A stretch of DNA of 64,000 nt from Thermodesulfobacteriota bacterium (GCA_965220925.1 OZ244851.1:1426854-1490853), one strand, 5' to 3'; positions 29,303 to 39,685 are shown, counted from the stretch's first letter. The notes: generated by a model not told the origin, from the letters alone. Made by a program: numbers and translations.

Positions 29303-30387
29303 CGGAAGCTTTTTGTACGGATCCGAAGCTGCTTCCCATAATGGAGAAAGTGGTTGCGGAGGAAAGAATTTCGTTTGAAGACGGACTTTCCATACTGAAC
29401 TCCAGGGATCTCAACACGATCGGTTCGATGGCGGACTACGTAAAGAGAAAGAAGTCGGGGGATAAGGTGTATTTCGTCGTTAATCGGCATGTAAACCCTT
29501 CTAACATATGCGCAATATCATGCAGATTCTGCGCCTTCGGAACTACGAAGAAATCAGCAAACGCCTACGAACTTTCAAACGAGCAGATGCTCTCCATGTT
29601 AAGCGACGAGATGAAGGAAGTACACATAGTCGGCGGTCTTCATCCCGACTGGGAATTTGATCATTATCTGAACATAGTCAAAATGATAAAGCTTCACTAC
29701 CCGAATATTCACGTTAAGGCTTTCACCGCAGTTGAGATTGACTGGTTTTCGGAAATAAGCGGTCTTTCGCTAAAAGACGTTCTCCTTAAGTTAAAAGATG
29801 CGGGAGTTGACGCTCTTACGGGCGGAGGGGCCGAGATACTTCACGAGGACGTAAGAAAAAAGATATGCGCTCCCAAAACCGTCGCAACGAGATGGGAGGA
29901 GATTCATCACCTCGCCCATCGACTGAATATTCCCACAAACGCCACTATCCTCTACGGTCACATAGAAGAACCGTACCATGTCGTCGATCATATGGAGAGG
30001 CTTAGAAAAATAGAAGACGATTCTCCGGGTTTTTTTGCGTTTATTCCGGTTCTCTTTCAACCGGAGAATACCGGACTTAAAAACGTAAAACCTTTCGCCG
30101 CTTCATACGATATGAAAGTTCACGCGCTTGCGAGGTTGTATCTTGACAACTTCCCTCACATAAAATCCTACTGGATTACTCTCGGGGAAAAAGCGGCTCA
30201 GATAGCTTTGCACTACGGGGCGAGCGATGCCGACGGAACCATAATCAGGGAAAAGATTATTCACGACGCCGGAGCTCCTTCGGAAGTGGGGCACAGTAGA
30301 GATTTTATGATAAAGATGATCAAAGATTCCGGTTACGTGCCGGTTGAAAGAGACGCTCTCTATAATGAATTGAGGGTGTATAACTGA
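29281..30387 (+). CDS. Radical SAM enzyme of the MqnC/MqnE (CofH-like) family, futalosine menaquinone pathway
   Basis: CAISCRFCAF (CxxxCxFCAF) radical-SAM cluster motif. Start at 29281 overlaps the ubiD end; an alternative ATG lies at 29341. Confidence 0.7.
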   Translation: MERVLELTEAFCTDPKLLPIMEKVVAEERISFEDGLSILNSRDLNTIGSMADYVKRKKSGDKVYFVVNRHVNPSNICAISCRFCAFGTTKKSANAYELSNEQMLSMLSDEMKEVHIVGGLHPDWEFDHYLNIVKMIKLHYPNIHVKAFTAVEIDWFSEISGLSLKDVLLKLKDAGVDALTGGGAEILHEDVRKKICAPKTVATRWEEIHHLAHRLNIPTNATILYGHIEEPYHVVDHMERLRKIEDDSPGFFAFIPVLFQPENTGLKNVKPFAASYDMKVHALARLYLDNFPHIKSYWITLGEKAAQIALHYGASDADGTIIREKIIHDAGAPSEVGHSRDFMIKMIKDSGYVPVERDALYNELRVYN

Positions 30388-30470
30388 CTTTCCCCGGATA
30401 CCACGGCCCACGCGGCTTATGGGATTCCGGTGGAATTGCGCGTATAATTTTAATTCGATTTAAGCCGCGT

Positions 30471-31127
30471 ATGAAAGCGAAAATGTTGCACAGTCCTCTT
30501 TTGCGTATTTTCATCGTGACGTTTTTTGTGGTCGTGTGCGCGACGTTTTTCGGAAACGGCGAAGCTTCTGGGCAAGTGAAGAAAATGAAAGACGGAAAAA
30601 ACAGCGGCTATCGGGAAGCGACTTTCGCCGGAGGGTGTTTCTGGTGCATGCAGCCGCCTTTTGACAGTCTTTTGGGAGTTGTGGAAACGGTGGTGGGTTA
30701 CTCGGGTGGAGAGGAGGAAAATCCGACCTACGAGCAGGTATGGCAAGGAAAAACCGGCCACGCCGAGGCCATAAGAGTTGTTTTCGACCCGGCGAAACTA
30801 TCCTACGATACGCTTCTTGAAACTTTCTGGATGAATATAGATCCGACTCAGGAAGACGGACAGTTCAACGACAGAGGAAAGCATTACAGAACCGCTATCT
30901 TCTACCACGACGATTCGCAAAAGAAAAAGGCCCTTCTTTCGAAGAAGAAACTCGAAGAATCCGGGAAATTCAAAAAGCCCATAGTTACTTCCGTGGAGAA
31001 GTTAATTTCTTTCTACGAAGCCGAAGAATATCATCAGAAGTATTACGAGAAAAACCCGATTCATTACAACAGTTATAAAAAGGGCTCCGGCAGAGCCGGC
31101 TTTATCGAGAGAAATTGGGGCAAGTGA
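30471..31127 (+). CDS. msrA: Peptide methionine sulfoxide reductase MsrA, secreted/periplasmic form
   Basis: Signal peptide then GGCFWCMQPPFD active site. Confidence 0.85.
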   Translation: MKAKMLHSPLLRIFIVTFFVVVCATFFGNGEASGQVKKMKDGKNSGYREATFAGGCFWCMQPPFDSLLGVVETVVGYSGGEEENPTYEQVWQGKTGHAEAIRVVFDPAKLSYDTLLETFWMNIDPTQEDGQFNDRGKHYRTAIFYHDDSQKKKALLSKKKLEESGKFKKPIVTSVEKLISFYEAEEYHQKYYEKNPIHYNSYKKGSGRAGFIERNWGK

Positions 31128-31158
31128 ACTCTGTTTCAAAAAACTCCAACCGTGTTTA

Positions 31159-31839
31159 ATGACCGTTTACTTTCTTCGCTCCGAAGTGGAATTTCCCGAT
31201 CCGAACGAAGCCGACAGCGGGGGACTTCTTGCGATTGGGGGAGATCTTTCTTCCGACAGGCTTCTTTGCGCTTATAAAAACGGTATTTTCCCTTGGTATT
31301 CCGAGGGAGATCCTATTCTTTGGTTCTCTCCGGATCCGAGGATGGTGTTTCTTCCCGGTGACTTCAGATTTTCAAAAACTCTTTTAAAGACGGTGAATTC
31401 CGGCAAATTTTCGGTAAAGGTCGATTCGAATTTCGCCGCGGTTATCGAAAACTGCGCTCAAGTGAGCAGAAAAGGACAAAGCGGGACTTGGATAACCGAT
31501 GAAATGAAAGTGGCGTACTGCAAGCTACACGAATTGGGATACGCGCATTCTTTTGAGATTTATTTTGGTCAAGAGCTCGCGGGCGGTCTTTACGGAGTAT
31601 CCGTCGGCGCGGCGTTTTTCGGAGAGTCAATGTTTCATTTCGAAACTGACGCTTCCAAAGTAGCCTTTTTCCATCTCGCCAGAAAATGTGAGGAACTCGG
31701 TTTTGACTTTATAGATTCTCAGGTTCCGACGGCTCACATGAAGAAGATGGGAGGAAGAGAAATGAGCAGAAAACGGTTTCTTTCAATACTCAAATCTTCC
31801 CAAGAGAAAGAAACGGTTCTAGGCAAGTGGCGAATTTGA
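31159..31839 (+). CDS. aat: Leucyl/phenylalanyl-tRNA--protein transferase
   Basis: GGLYGVSVGAAFFGESMFH motif. 226 aa. Confidence 0.85.
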   Translation: MTVYFLRSEVEFPDPNEADSGGLLAIGGDLSSDRLLCAYKNGIFPWYSEGDPILWFSPDPRMVFLPGDFRFSKTLLKTVNSGKFSVKVDSNFAAVIENCAQVSRKGQSGTWITDEMKVAYCKLHELGYAHSFEIYFGQELAGGLYGVSVGAAFFGESMFHFETDASKVAFFHLARKCEELGFDFIDSQVPTAHMKKMGGREMSRKRFLSILKSSQEKETVLGKWRI

Positions 31840-32014
31840 AACCCGCATTTCGGTTTTTTGATTGTTTTTAAGAAAAACGAATCCCGCGGTAAAATCGCAA
31901 GCCGTCCAAAAGGCACGTCGCTTTTTTAAGACCCGAATCTCGATACAGTAATAAACACGTCGCCATCCCTCTTCGAATATGACAGCGACGGGGAAAATAG
32001 TTAAAATCTGAAAA

Positions 32015-32770
32015 ATGCCCAAACTTCTTGTCTTTCAGCATGTTCCTCACGAGATACTGGGGACTCTTCACCCGATTTTGAAAAACGCCGGGTTCAGAAT
32101 ACGTTACGTAAACTTCGGCCGTTCCAATTACAAGCTTCCCAAGCTTGCAAACTACGATGGGCTCGTAGTTCTCGGCGGACCGATGAACGTGGACCAGACG
32201 GATGAGTATCCGTATCTCGAACCGGAGGTTGAAGCCATAAAAGAATTTATCGATATGAATGTACCGGTATTGGGGATTTGTCTCGGTTCACAGCTGATCG
32301 CCAAGGCTCTCGGCGCTTCTGTCCGAAAAAATCCGAGCAAGGAAATCGGCTGGTATGATGTTTCCATTACCGACGAAGGGAGCAAAGATCCGCTTCTTTG
32401 CGGATTCCGGTCGGTTGAAAAAGTATTTCAGTGGCATGGGGATACTTTTGAAATTCCGCCTGATTCGGTGCGGCTGGCCACATCTTCGCTGTGTGAAAAC
32501 CAGGCGTTTCGATATGGGGAAAAAGTGTATGGATTTCAGTTCCATCTTGAGGTTGACGCCCCGATGATAGAGCGTTGGCTCAACGCTCCGGTTAACAAGA
32601 AGGAGATTGAAGAGCTTGAAGGTGATGATATTTGTCCCGACGCCATAAGGTCTCAGACTCCCGGTTATATAAATGGACTCTCCGCGCTAAGTGTGAGAAC
32701 TTTCGGCAGTTTTATCTCACTGTTTGATATTGAGACGCGAAATAAAACGGCCCAAATGCCCTCGGTATGA
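32015..32770 (+). CDS. Class I glutamine amidotransferase-like protein
   Basis: GATase1 nucleophile elbow GICLGSQL, downstream His (WHGD). Confidence 0.65.
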   Translation: MPKLLVFQHVPHEILGTLHPILKNAGFRIRYVNFGRSNYKLPKLANYDGLVVLGGPMNVDQTDEYPYLEPEVEAIKEFIDMNVPVLGICLGSQLIAKALGASVRKNPSKEIGWYDVSITDEGSKDPLLCGFRSVEKVFQWHGDTFEIPPDSVRLATSSLCENQAFRYGEKVYGFQFHLEVDAPMIERWLNAPVNKKEIEELEGDDICPDAIRSQTPGYINGLSALSVRTFGSFISLFDIETRNKTAQMPSV

Positions 32771-32886
32771 AATTTATTTAGGGTGATTTAGGCGAATTGC
32801 CTTCAGATTCGGTTGAAAAAAAGCCGATCGAGTGTATAATCCGTGCGTTTTTACGTTACGAAAATTCAATTCAAGCAGAGGTGAAA

Positions 32887-33345
32887 ATGAGCAGCTGGGA
32901 ATGCAAAAACCATGGTCATCCCGATATAAAACCTTCTAATTCTAAAAGAGCCATATTTATCGGCAGATATCAGCCCTATCACTCCGGACACATAAGTCTC
33001 GTAAGGCAAAAGCTCGATAAGGGAGTCCCGTGTCTAATAATGGTAAGGGATATTCCTCCCGATTCGAAAAATCCATTCACGACAGAGCAGACGATAAGCA
33101 TGATAAGAAAATATCACGAGAGCAAAGGGGACGATGTCGTGGTAATGGCGATTCCGGATATTGAATCCGTAAACTGGGGAAGAGGAGTGGGCTACGAGAT
33201 GAACGAATTTTTCCCACCCGACGATATAGGATTCATATCAGCGACCAAAATACGCGAATTGATAGCAAATGGCAGTGAGGACTGGAGAGAACTTGTGGAT
33301 AGTTCTATTCAGGATGACGTGAAGAGTTATCTGACCGGCGACTAA
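32887..33345 (+). CDS. Cytidylyl/adenylyltransferase-fold protein, NadM-like nicotinamide-nucleotide adenylyltransferase candidate
   Basis: (H/T)xGH nucleotidyltransferase motif FIGRYQPYHSGH. Start moved to the ATG preceded by a GAGGTG RBS; the ORF track begins 90 nt upstream. Confidence 0.5.
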   Translation: MSSWECKNHGHPDIKPSNSKRAIFIGRYQPYHSGHISLVRQKLDKGVPCLIMVRDIPPDSKNPFTTEQTISMIRKYHESKGDDVVVMAIPDIESVNWGRGVGYEMNEFFPPDDIGFISATKIRELIANGSEDWRELVDSSIQDDVKSYLTGD

Positions 33346-33366
33346 TTTTCGTCTCCGGAATTCGGC

Positions 33367-33384
33367 GAGCTCCCCGGCTCGCAA
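33367..33384. terminator. Perfect GC hairpin between convergent genes (possible bidirectional terminator)
   Basis: GCGAGC-tccccg-GCTCGC (6-bp stem). Lies between the + gene ending 33345 and rpmE2 (-) ending 33517. No strong U-tract. Confidence 0.3.
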
Positions 33385-33516
33385 GTTGATAGTATCTACC
33401 GACGCGGAGGCAAAGCGGCGAAAGACCGCGTACCTTATTTAAAGATATAAAGGGGTGTTTTACGCCACAAAACCGCCAAAGCCGAGGTGAAAGCTTAAAT
33501 TTTCGTGTTTAGGTGA

Positions 33517-33789
33517 TTACTGTTCTTCGGCCTGTTGCTTAGCAGTCTTTTTCTGGTATTTGCGGCGAAACTTCTCGACTCTTCCTTCTTTTTTGTACAT
33601 TTTCTCCTTTCCGGTATAGAAAGGGTGAGAGTCGCTTGAAATCTCCACCGTTATGAGCGGATATTCGTTTCCGTCTTCCCATTTGGTGGTTTCGGAGGAT
33701 GTTTTAGTCGAACGGGTAAGAAATTCGTATCCGGTAAACGAATCCTTGAAAACCACATAGTTATAATCGGGATGAATGTTCTTTTTCAT
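33517..33789 (-). CDS. rpmE2: 50S ribosomal protein L31 type B (non-zinc form)
   Basis: MKKNIHPDY...FYTGK with no CxxC pair. Lys-rich C-terminal tail. Confidence 0.8.
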   Translation of the reverse strand: MKKNIHPDYNYVVFKDSFTGYEFLTRSTKTSSETTKWEDGNEYPLITVEISSDSHPFYTGKEKMYKKEGRVEKFRRKYQKKTAKQQAEEQ

Positions 33790-33875
33790 TTTATCAGTCC
33801 GGATTTTTTTTAGGCGAGAGATTCTATACTAAATATAAATTTTTGTAAAGCGCTTGATAGGGAAAGTTGGTGTTT

Positions 33876-34916
33876 TTATCTTCGGACGTGAGTTAAAATC
33901 TCGGCGGCTTTCTTGGCGAAGTAAGTGATTATCATGTCAGCGCCGGCCCTTTTTATGCCAAGGAGGCTCTCAAGAACAACCTTTTCCTCGTCGAGCCATC
34001 CCGATTCGCAAGCCGTTTTTATCATCAGATATTCACCGCTTACCTGATACGCCGCCAGTGGAAGGTCGGTGTTTTCCCGAAACAGGGATACGATGTCCAG
34101 GTAGTAGCCCGCGGGTTTCACCATTACCATGTCCGCGCCTTCTTCCTCGTCCAGAATAAGCTCTCTTAACGCTTCTCTAGAGTTTGCGGGATTCATCTGA
34201 TATGTCATTTTGTCACCGTCTCTGGGCGCGGAATCAAGCGCTCCTCTAAAAGGTCCGTAAAACGATGATGCGTATTTGGCGGTGTATGACATTATCGAAA
34301 CGTCGGTATAACCTTCTTCGTCAAGAGTTTCTCTAATCGCTCCTACCCGACCGTCCATCATATCGCTGGGTGCCACAATGTCCGCCCCCGAAGCGGCGTG
34401 ACAAAGCGCTTGCTTACAAAGGACTTCTACCGTTAAGTCGTTTAGTATTTCTCCCGATCCGGATAGCAAACCGTCATGTCCGTCACTTGAATAAGGATCA
34501 AGCGCGATATCCGTTATCACAGAAACTTGCGGGACTTCTTTTTTAACGGTCGCCACGACTCTTGGCACAAGCCCCTTGGGATTGTAACATTCCTCCGCGA
34601 AAGGGGATTTGAGGGAGTCTTCAATTGCCGGAAAGATCATTACGGCGGCAATTCCCAAAGAAGAAGCCTGCTTTACTTCCCTCACAAGACCCGAAACGCT
34701 CCACCTTTTTAAGCCGGGCATGGATTCTATTTCTTCGTCGGTGCTTTTATCGTGTACGAAAAGCGGATACACAAGGTTTTCTGGAAGGAGGAAAGTTTCT
34801 CTCGCGAGTTTTCTTATTGAAGAGGATTTGCGATTTCTCCTCGGTCTTGAAAGCAGATCGAGTGATACTACGTCTTTTTCCGGTATTTTTCTTCCAGTCT
34901 TCTTCCCAGAACTCAT
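33876..34916 (-). CDS. hemB: Porphobilinogen synthase (delta-aminolevulinic acid dehydratase)
   Basis: RPRRNR N-terminal arm, active-site region and YQVSGEY motif. Start set at the internal ATG (34916); the ORF track extends 117 nt further as an open read-through. Confidence 0.85.
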   Translation of the reverse strand: MSSGKKTGRKIPEKDVVSLDLLSRPRRNRKSSSIRKLARETFLLPENLVYPLFVHDKSTDEEIESMPGLKRWSVSGLVREVKQASSLGIAAVMIFPAIEDSLKSPFAEECYNPKGLVPRVVATVKKEVPQVSVITDIALDPYSSDGHDGLLSGSGEILNDLTVEVLCKQALCHAASGADIVAPSDMMDGRVGAIRETLDEEGYTDVSIMSYTAKYASSFYGPFRGALDSAPRDGDKMTYQMNPANSREALRELILDEEEGADMVMVKPAGYYLDIVSLFRENTDLPLAAYQVSGEYLMIKTACESGWLDEEKVVLESLLGIKRAGADMIITYFAKKAAEILTHVRR

Positions 34917-35107
34917 ATTTTTCCCTAACTCCCGTATTTTTCGGCGTCGTTGCGGATTTTTCGCACGCGACTTAAAACAGTTAATGATAAAAAGACGGAG
35001 AGAAATAGTCAAAAAAGGACAAGACCTCGCCAATACCGAAAAAGAGATTCTTTCTTAACGAAAAAACCGGCTATAATCAACCGCCAAACGCATCCGAGGA
35101 GAAAACA

Positions 35108-35920
35108 ATGCCCAATAAAAATACCGCAACCACCGGTTACATGATGGGATACAGCGACGATTTTCAGAGGCTGCTCAAGCGTCGAAGCGCCGCGACCAAT
35201 GCCGCGTATCTGCTTCCTCATCTAAAACCGGGCATGCGCGTTTTGGATTTCGGCTGCGGTCCCGGAACTATCTCCGTCGGACTCGCCAAAGCAGTGGAGC
35301 CCGGAGAGTTGCACGGTATAGATATGGAGGAATCGCAAATTGAGATAGCCCGAAACGCCGCATCGGCCGGAGGACATAAAAACGCGATATTTCGAAAAGG
35401 AGATATCGCCGACCTGCCGTTTGAAGACAACTTCTTTGACGTAGCTCACTGCCACGCCGTACTTATTCACATTACGGATGTCGAGGCAGTTTTAAACGAG
35501 GTTAAAAGAGTGCTTAAGCCCGGAGGCATAATCTCAAGCCGTGAAATGTTTGTCGATTCGTCTTTTTTCGAACCGGAGATAAAAGGAGGCGCGGAAGCGT
35601 TTTCGAAATTTATGTCCGCAAGCGGAGGGCATCCGCAGATGGGTAAAAAGCTCAAGCGTTTGTTTTTCAACGCGGGATTTTCGGACATTGACGCCAAAGT
35701 GTCTTTAGGAACCTACGGTACGGCAGAAGACATCCGCTTTCTACACGACTTCATGACCGCTTGGCTTCTTTCTTCCAGCACTGTCAGAACCGCCGAAAAA
35801 TACGGAGTGGCTACCGAACGGCAGTTAAAGGACTGGTGTAAAATGCTGGATCGTTGGAGAGACGATCCTGGAGCGATCGCCGGCTTCGCTTGGGGAGAAG
35901 CGATAGGGCGAAAGCCATAA
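35108..35920 (+). CDS. Class I SAM-dependent methyltransferase (paralog 1)
   Basis: Motif I VLDFGCGPGT. Methyltransf_11-like core. 270 aa. Confidence 0.7.
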   Translation: MPNKNTATTGYMMGYSDDFQRLLKRRSAATNAAYLLPHLKPGMRVLDFGCGPGTISVGLAKAVEPGELHGIDMEESQIEIARNAASAGGHKNAIFRKGDIADLPFEDNFFDVAHCHAVLIHITDVEAVLNEVKRVLKPGGIISSREMFVDSSFFEPEIKGGAEAFSKFMSASGGHPQMGKKLKRLFFNAGFSDIDAKVSLGTYGTAEDIRFLHDFMTAWLLSSSTVRTAEKYGVATERQLKDWCKMLDRWRDDPGAIAGFAWGEAIGRKP

Positions 35921-36122
35921 GAATTTCACGGCAATCAAGCGATGCGCTGAATCTTAAGAAGGCCGAATTATTTGGCCGAATGATATGTGACTGCGGAAAA
36001 TATCCGCAAAAGAGCGATACTTGAATTTCTCTAGTAATCTTCAATAAAAATTAGAGTTTAGGATATCTCAATGACGGTAAGGATTGGTTATGGTATTCGG
36101 CTAGAAAAAGGAGGGGTTAACG

Positions 36123-36941
36123 ATGGCAAATAAAAACGACGATATCGCGGAAAGCGGCTACGTAATGGGTTACGGGGAAGAATTTCAAAAACTGCTCAGG
36201 CGTCGAAGCGCCGAGGTTGACGCTAAGCATTTGCTCCCGCGCCTAAAACCGGGCATGCGCGTTTTGGATTTCGGCTGCGGTCCCGGAACTATCTCTATGG
36301 GACTTGCCAGGGCGGTGGAACCCGGAGAGCTGCATGGTGTCGATATGGAAGAGTCGCAGATTGAGATAGCCAGAAACGCCGCATCGGCCGGAGGGCACAA
36401 AAACGCTACGTTCCAAAAAGGCGACGTGACCGATCTGCCGTTTGAAGATAATTTTTTTGACGTCGCTCACTGTCATGCGGTACTGATGCATGTTCCGGAC
36501 ACGGAAGCCGTTTTGAGCGAGGTTAAAAGAGTGCTTAAGCCCGGAGGCATAATCTCAAGCCGTGAGATGTTCGTCGATTCATGCTTTTTCGAACCTGACG
36601 TAGATGGCGGTTGGGCCACGTTTGCGAAACTTATCTCCGCAAACGGAGGACATCCTCAGATGGGTAAGAAACTTAAGCTTCTGTTTTCCGAAGCCGGATT
36701 TCTGGACATAGACTCAAGCGTTTCATTCCAGCCGTACAGTACGCCAGAGGATATAGAATTTCTTAACGATCTTGTAATCGGCTGGTTTTTTTCTCCCTCC
36801 ACCGTTTCCGCCGCCGTAAAATTTGGACTGGCGACGCAGAAGCAGTTTGATGACTGGCGCCTTATGCTTGAGAGTTGGAAAAGCGCTCCCGGAGCGATCG
36901 CCGGCTTCGCTTGGGGAGAGACTATAGGGAGAAAACCCTAA
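36123..36941 (+). CDS. Class I SAM-dependent methyltransferase (paralog 2, tandem duplicate of 35108..35920)
   Basis: About 70% amino-acid identity to the upstream paralog. Core stretches are nucleotide-identical. Confidence 0.7.
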   Translation: MANKNDDIAESGYVMGYGEEFQKLLRRRSAEVDAKHLLPRLKPGMRVLDFGCGPGTISMGLARAVEPGELHGVDMEESQIEIARNAASAGGHKNATFQKGDVTDLPFEDNFFDVAHCHAVLMHVPDTEAVLSEVKRVLKPGGIISSREMFVDSCFFEPDVDGGWATFAKLISANGGHPQMGKKLKLLFSEAGFLDIDSSVSFQPYSTPEDIEFLNDLVIGWFFSPSTVSAAVKFGLATQKQFDDWRLMLESWKSAPGAIAGFAWGETIGRKP

Positions 36942-37234
36942 AACCCCAAATCCCCCCGTATATTTGAACTCGAAGAGACCGCTTAGCTTCCGTATAAAGT
37001 CTCAACCTCTCGGGTTTTCAATATAGTCCGGTTGTCATTTTGAATTAAAGGCGGAGGGAGCAAATCCTCGGATGTGGTTTCGAACCGGTTTCGGTATAGG
37101 GACTGCCGTCTCGGAGAATGTATGTCGTTTTAAAGACTCGGTTTAAGTTTTGCGGTACTTGTCAAGAGGCGATTAAGTCTTATTTTTTACTTGTAGGCTT
37201 GCGAAAAACTCATTGACGAAAGGGAGGCTTTCAC

Positions 37235-39085
37235 ATGACTGAAGAGAGGACGGAAAGACACCAATTTCAAGCCGAAGTGCGAAGACTGATGGATATCGTG
37301 GTCAACTCGCTCTATACGGACAAGGAAATATTCATAAGAGAACTGGTTTCAAATGCTTCCGACGCGCTTGAAAAACTTAGATACTTGCAACTTACTCAAA
37401 AAGAGATACACGACGATTCACTGCCTTTGGAAATCGAAATATCCACCTCAAGCGAAGACAATACGATTACTTTTACCGATTACGGAGTCGGAATGAGCAG
37501 AAAGGAACTTGTAGAAAATCTGGGGACCATAGCTCATTCGGGTTCGAAAAAATTTATCGACGCGGTCGAGAAGGGTGGAGTCGAAGGCGGTGAGTTAATA
37601 GGACAGTTCGGGGTGGGTTTCTACAGCAGCTTTATGGTTGCCGATTCCGTCGAGGTGATAACTCGCGGTTACAGGAAAAACTCGGAAAACCTCATCTGGA
37701 GAAGCAAAGGCGACGGAGTATTCGAGATATCCAAAGGTCGTGGTCATCGAAGAGGTACGAAGATAATTTTGTCTTTGAAGGAACAGGCGAAAGAATATGC
37801 CGACGAGGTTTTAGTGGAGAATGTTCTCAGGAAATACTCCGCTTTTGTTCCGTTTCCTCTCAAGTTAAACGGTAAGCAGATAAATACCACCGAAGCCGTC
37901 TGGCTTCGCAGCAAAAACGAAATTACCGATCAAGAATACGCGGGATTTTACCGTTTCCAGACAAACTCTTTTGACGAACCCAGATACAAACTTCACTTTT
38001 CCTCGGAAGCTCCGATAGACATGAATGTTTTACTTTTCGTCCCGGAGGACAATCTGGAGCGTCTGGGACTCGCAAGAGCGGAACCCGGAGTCGGTCTTTA
38101 CTCAAGAAGAGTGCTGATTGACGCCGCTCCCAAGAGTCTTCTTCCCGAATGGGCGAGATTTCTTAAAGGAGTGGTGGACAGTGCCGATATTCCCCTTAAC
38201 ATCTCAAGAGAAACTATGCAGGACAGCTCTTTGGTCAAGAGACTTAATTCGGCTATTACTAAAAGGTTTATAAAATTTCTTGAGCAAAGCGCTTCCGATG
38301 ACCCGAAAAGTTACGATGAGTTCTACCGGAATTTCGGTTTTTTCATAAAAGAAGGAGTCGCCTCGGATTTCGAAAATAAAGAAAAGCTGAAAGAACTCCT
38401 GCGGTTTGAATGCGCCGGCAAGGAGAAGGGAGAACTGATTTCCCTCAAAGACTATATTTCCGCGATGCCGGAGGAACAGAAAGAGATATATTATCTGTTC
38501 GGTCCGGGAAGGGACGCGCTTGAAAACGGACCTCACATGGAATTTTTCCGTTCTAAGAATATTGAAGTTCTTTTCGTCTACGAGCCTATTGACGAATTCG
38601 TGATGTCCACTATGGGCGAGTACGAAGAAAAAAAGATCGTCTCGGGCGACAGTGTCGATATAAAAATTATCGGTCAAGACGATAAAGACGCTTCCGACGG
38701 TCCTTCCGAAGAGGAGAAATCGCTTTGCGGCTGGATGAAGACAATTCTGGGCGATAGAGTAGGCGATGTGCGCATGAGCCGAAGACTCGTCGAGAGTCCC
38801 GCGGCGGCTTTTAACTCCGATTCCTCGATGACTCAAGGGATGAAGAGAATAATGAAAAACATGCACTCGGAAGAAGATCAAAAATCGCTTGTTCGTCTTG
38901 AGATAAACCCCGGACATCCGATTGTAAAAAACCTTGCTCTCATGAAAGAAAAGGACACGGAACTTGCCGGAGTAATAGTCGAGCAGCTTTTTGACAACGC
39001 TCTTTTAGCAGCGGGATACATGGAGAACCCGAGAAATATGGTTGGAAGAATAAACACCCTGCTTGAGAGGCTTAGTTCCGAGTGA
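37235..39085 (+). CDS. htpG: Molecular chaperone HtpG (Hsp90)
   Basis: GHKL ATPase motifs ELVSNASDALEKLRY and GQFGVGFYS. 616 aa. Confidence 0.9.
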   Translation: MTEERTERHQFQAEVRRLMDIVVNSLYTDKEIFIRELVSNASDALEKLRYLQLTQKEIHDDSLPLEIEISTSSEDNTITFTDYGVGMSRKELVENLGTIAHSGSKKFIDAVEKGGVEGGELIGQFGVGFYSSFMVADSVEVITRGYRKNSENLIWRSKGDGVFEISKGRGHRRGTKIILSLKEQAKEYADEVLVENVLRKYSAFVPFPLKLNGKQINTTEAVWLRSKNEITDQEYAGFYRFQTNSFDEPRYKLHFSSEAPIDMNVLLFVPEDNLERLGLARAEPGVGLYSRRVLIDAAPKSLLPEWARFLKGVVDSADIPLNISRETMQDSSLVKRLNSAITKRFIKFLEQSASDDPKSYDEFYRNFGFFIKEGVASDFENKEKLKELLRFECAGKEKGELISLKDYISAMPEEQKEIYYLFGPGRDALENGPHMEFFRSKNIEVLFVYEPIDEFVMSTMGEYEEKKIVSGDSVDIKIIGQDDKDASDGPSEEEKSLCGWMKTILGDRVGDVRMSRRLVESPAAAFNSDSSMTQGMKRIMKNMHSEEDQKSLVRLEINPGHPIVKNLALMKEKDTELAGVIVEQLFDNALLAAGYMENPRNMVGRINTLLERLSSE

Positions 39086-39088
39086 AGT

Positions 39089-39685
39089 ATGAACTATCTT
39101 GCCCACATCCGTCTCGCAGGTGACGACCCGGGATGTATCATAGGGAATTTTCTCGGCGATTTCGTAAAGGGAAGGATTACCAACCAGTATACTCCCGCAA
39201 TAAGACGTGGAATAGTTATGCACCGTAAAATTGATTCGTGGACGGATTCTCACGAGAGGGTAATAAAATGCGCCCGGCTTATCAGTCCCGAACGCAGGCG
39301 CTGGAGCAAAGTGCTCGTAGATATTTTCTACGATCATCTTCTTGCTTCTAATTGGGATAAATACTCAAATGAAAGTCTTGGCGATTTTCTCGATAGAGCG
39401 TACGGTATAATACTCCGGGAGGCGGATATTTTTCCGGAAAACGCCGCGTTGGCTATTCGCAACATGGTTGAAAGCGGTTGGATGGAAAAATACGAAACTA
39501 TCTCCGGACTTGGGGATGTATTCGAGAGGATATCCAAAAGGGTTAAAAGAAAAAATCCCCTTGCTGGGTCAGAACGGGAACTGGTCTCCCATTACGAAGA
39601 TATGAACGAGCATTTCAACATGTTTTTCCCGGAAGCTATCGAGTATTCCAGACGTCTTGAATCCCTCTTGCTGACGCGTCAATAG
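39089..39685 (+). CDS. acpH: Acyl carrier protein phosphodiesterase
   Basis: MNYLAHIRLAGDDP...GNFLGDFVKG N-terminus, characteristic of AcpH. 198 aa. Confidence 0.65.
   Translation: MNYLAHIRLAGDDPGCIIGNFLGDFVKGRITNQYTPAIRRGIVMHRKIDSWTDSHERVIKCARLISPERRRWSKVLVDIFYDHLLASNWDKYSNESLGDFLDRAYGIILREADIFPENAALAIRNMVESGWMEKYETISGLGDVFERISKRVKRKNPLAGSERELVSHYEDMNEHFNMFFPEAIEYSRRLESLLLTRQ

Noticed and set aside
34917-35033. N-terminal 39-aa extension on HemB in the ORF track
   Set aside because: It is an open read-through upstream of a good internal ATG. The canonical HemB N-terminal arm begins after that ATG, so the extension is most likely not translated.
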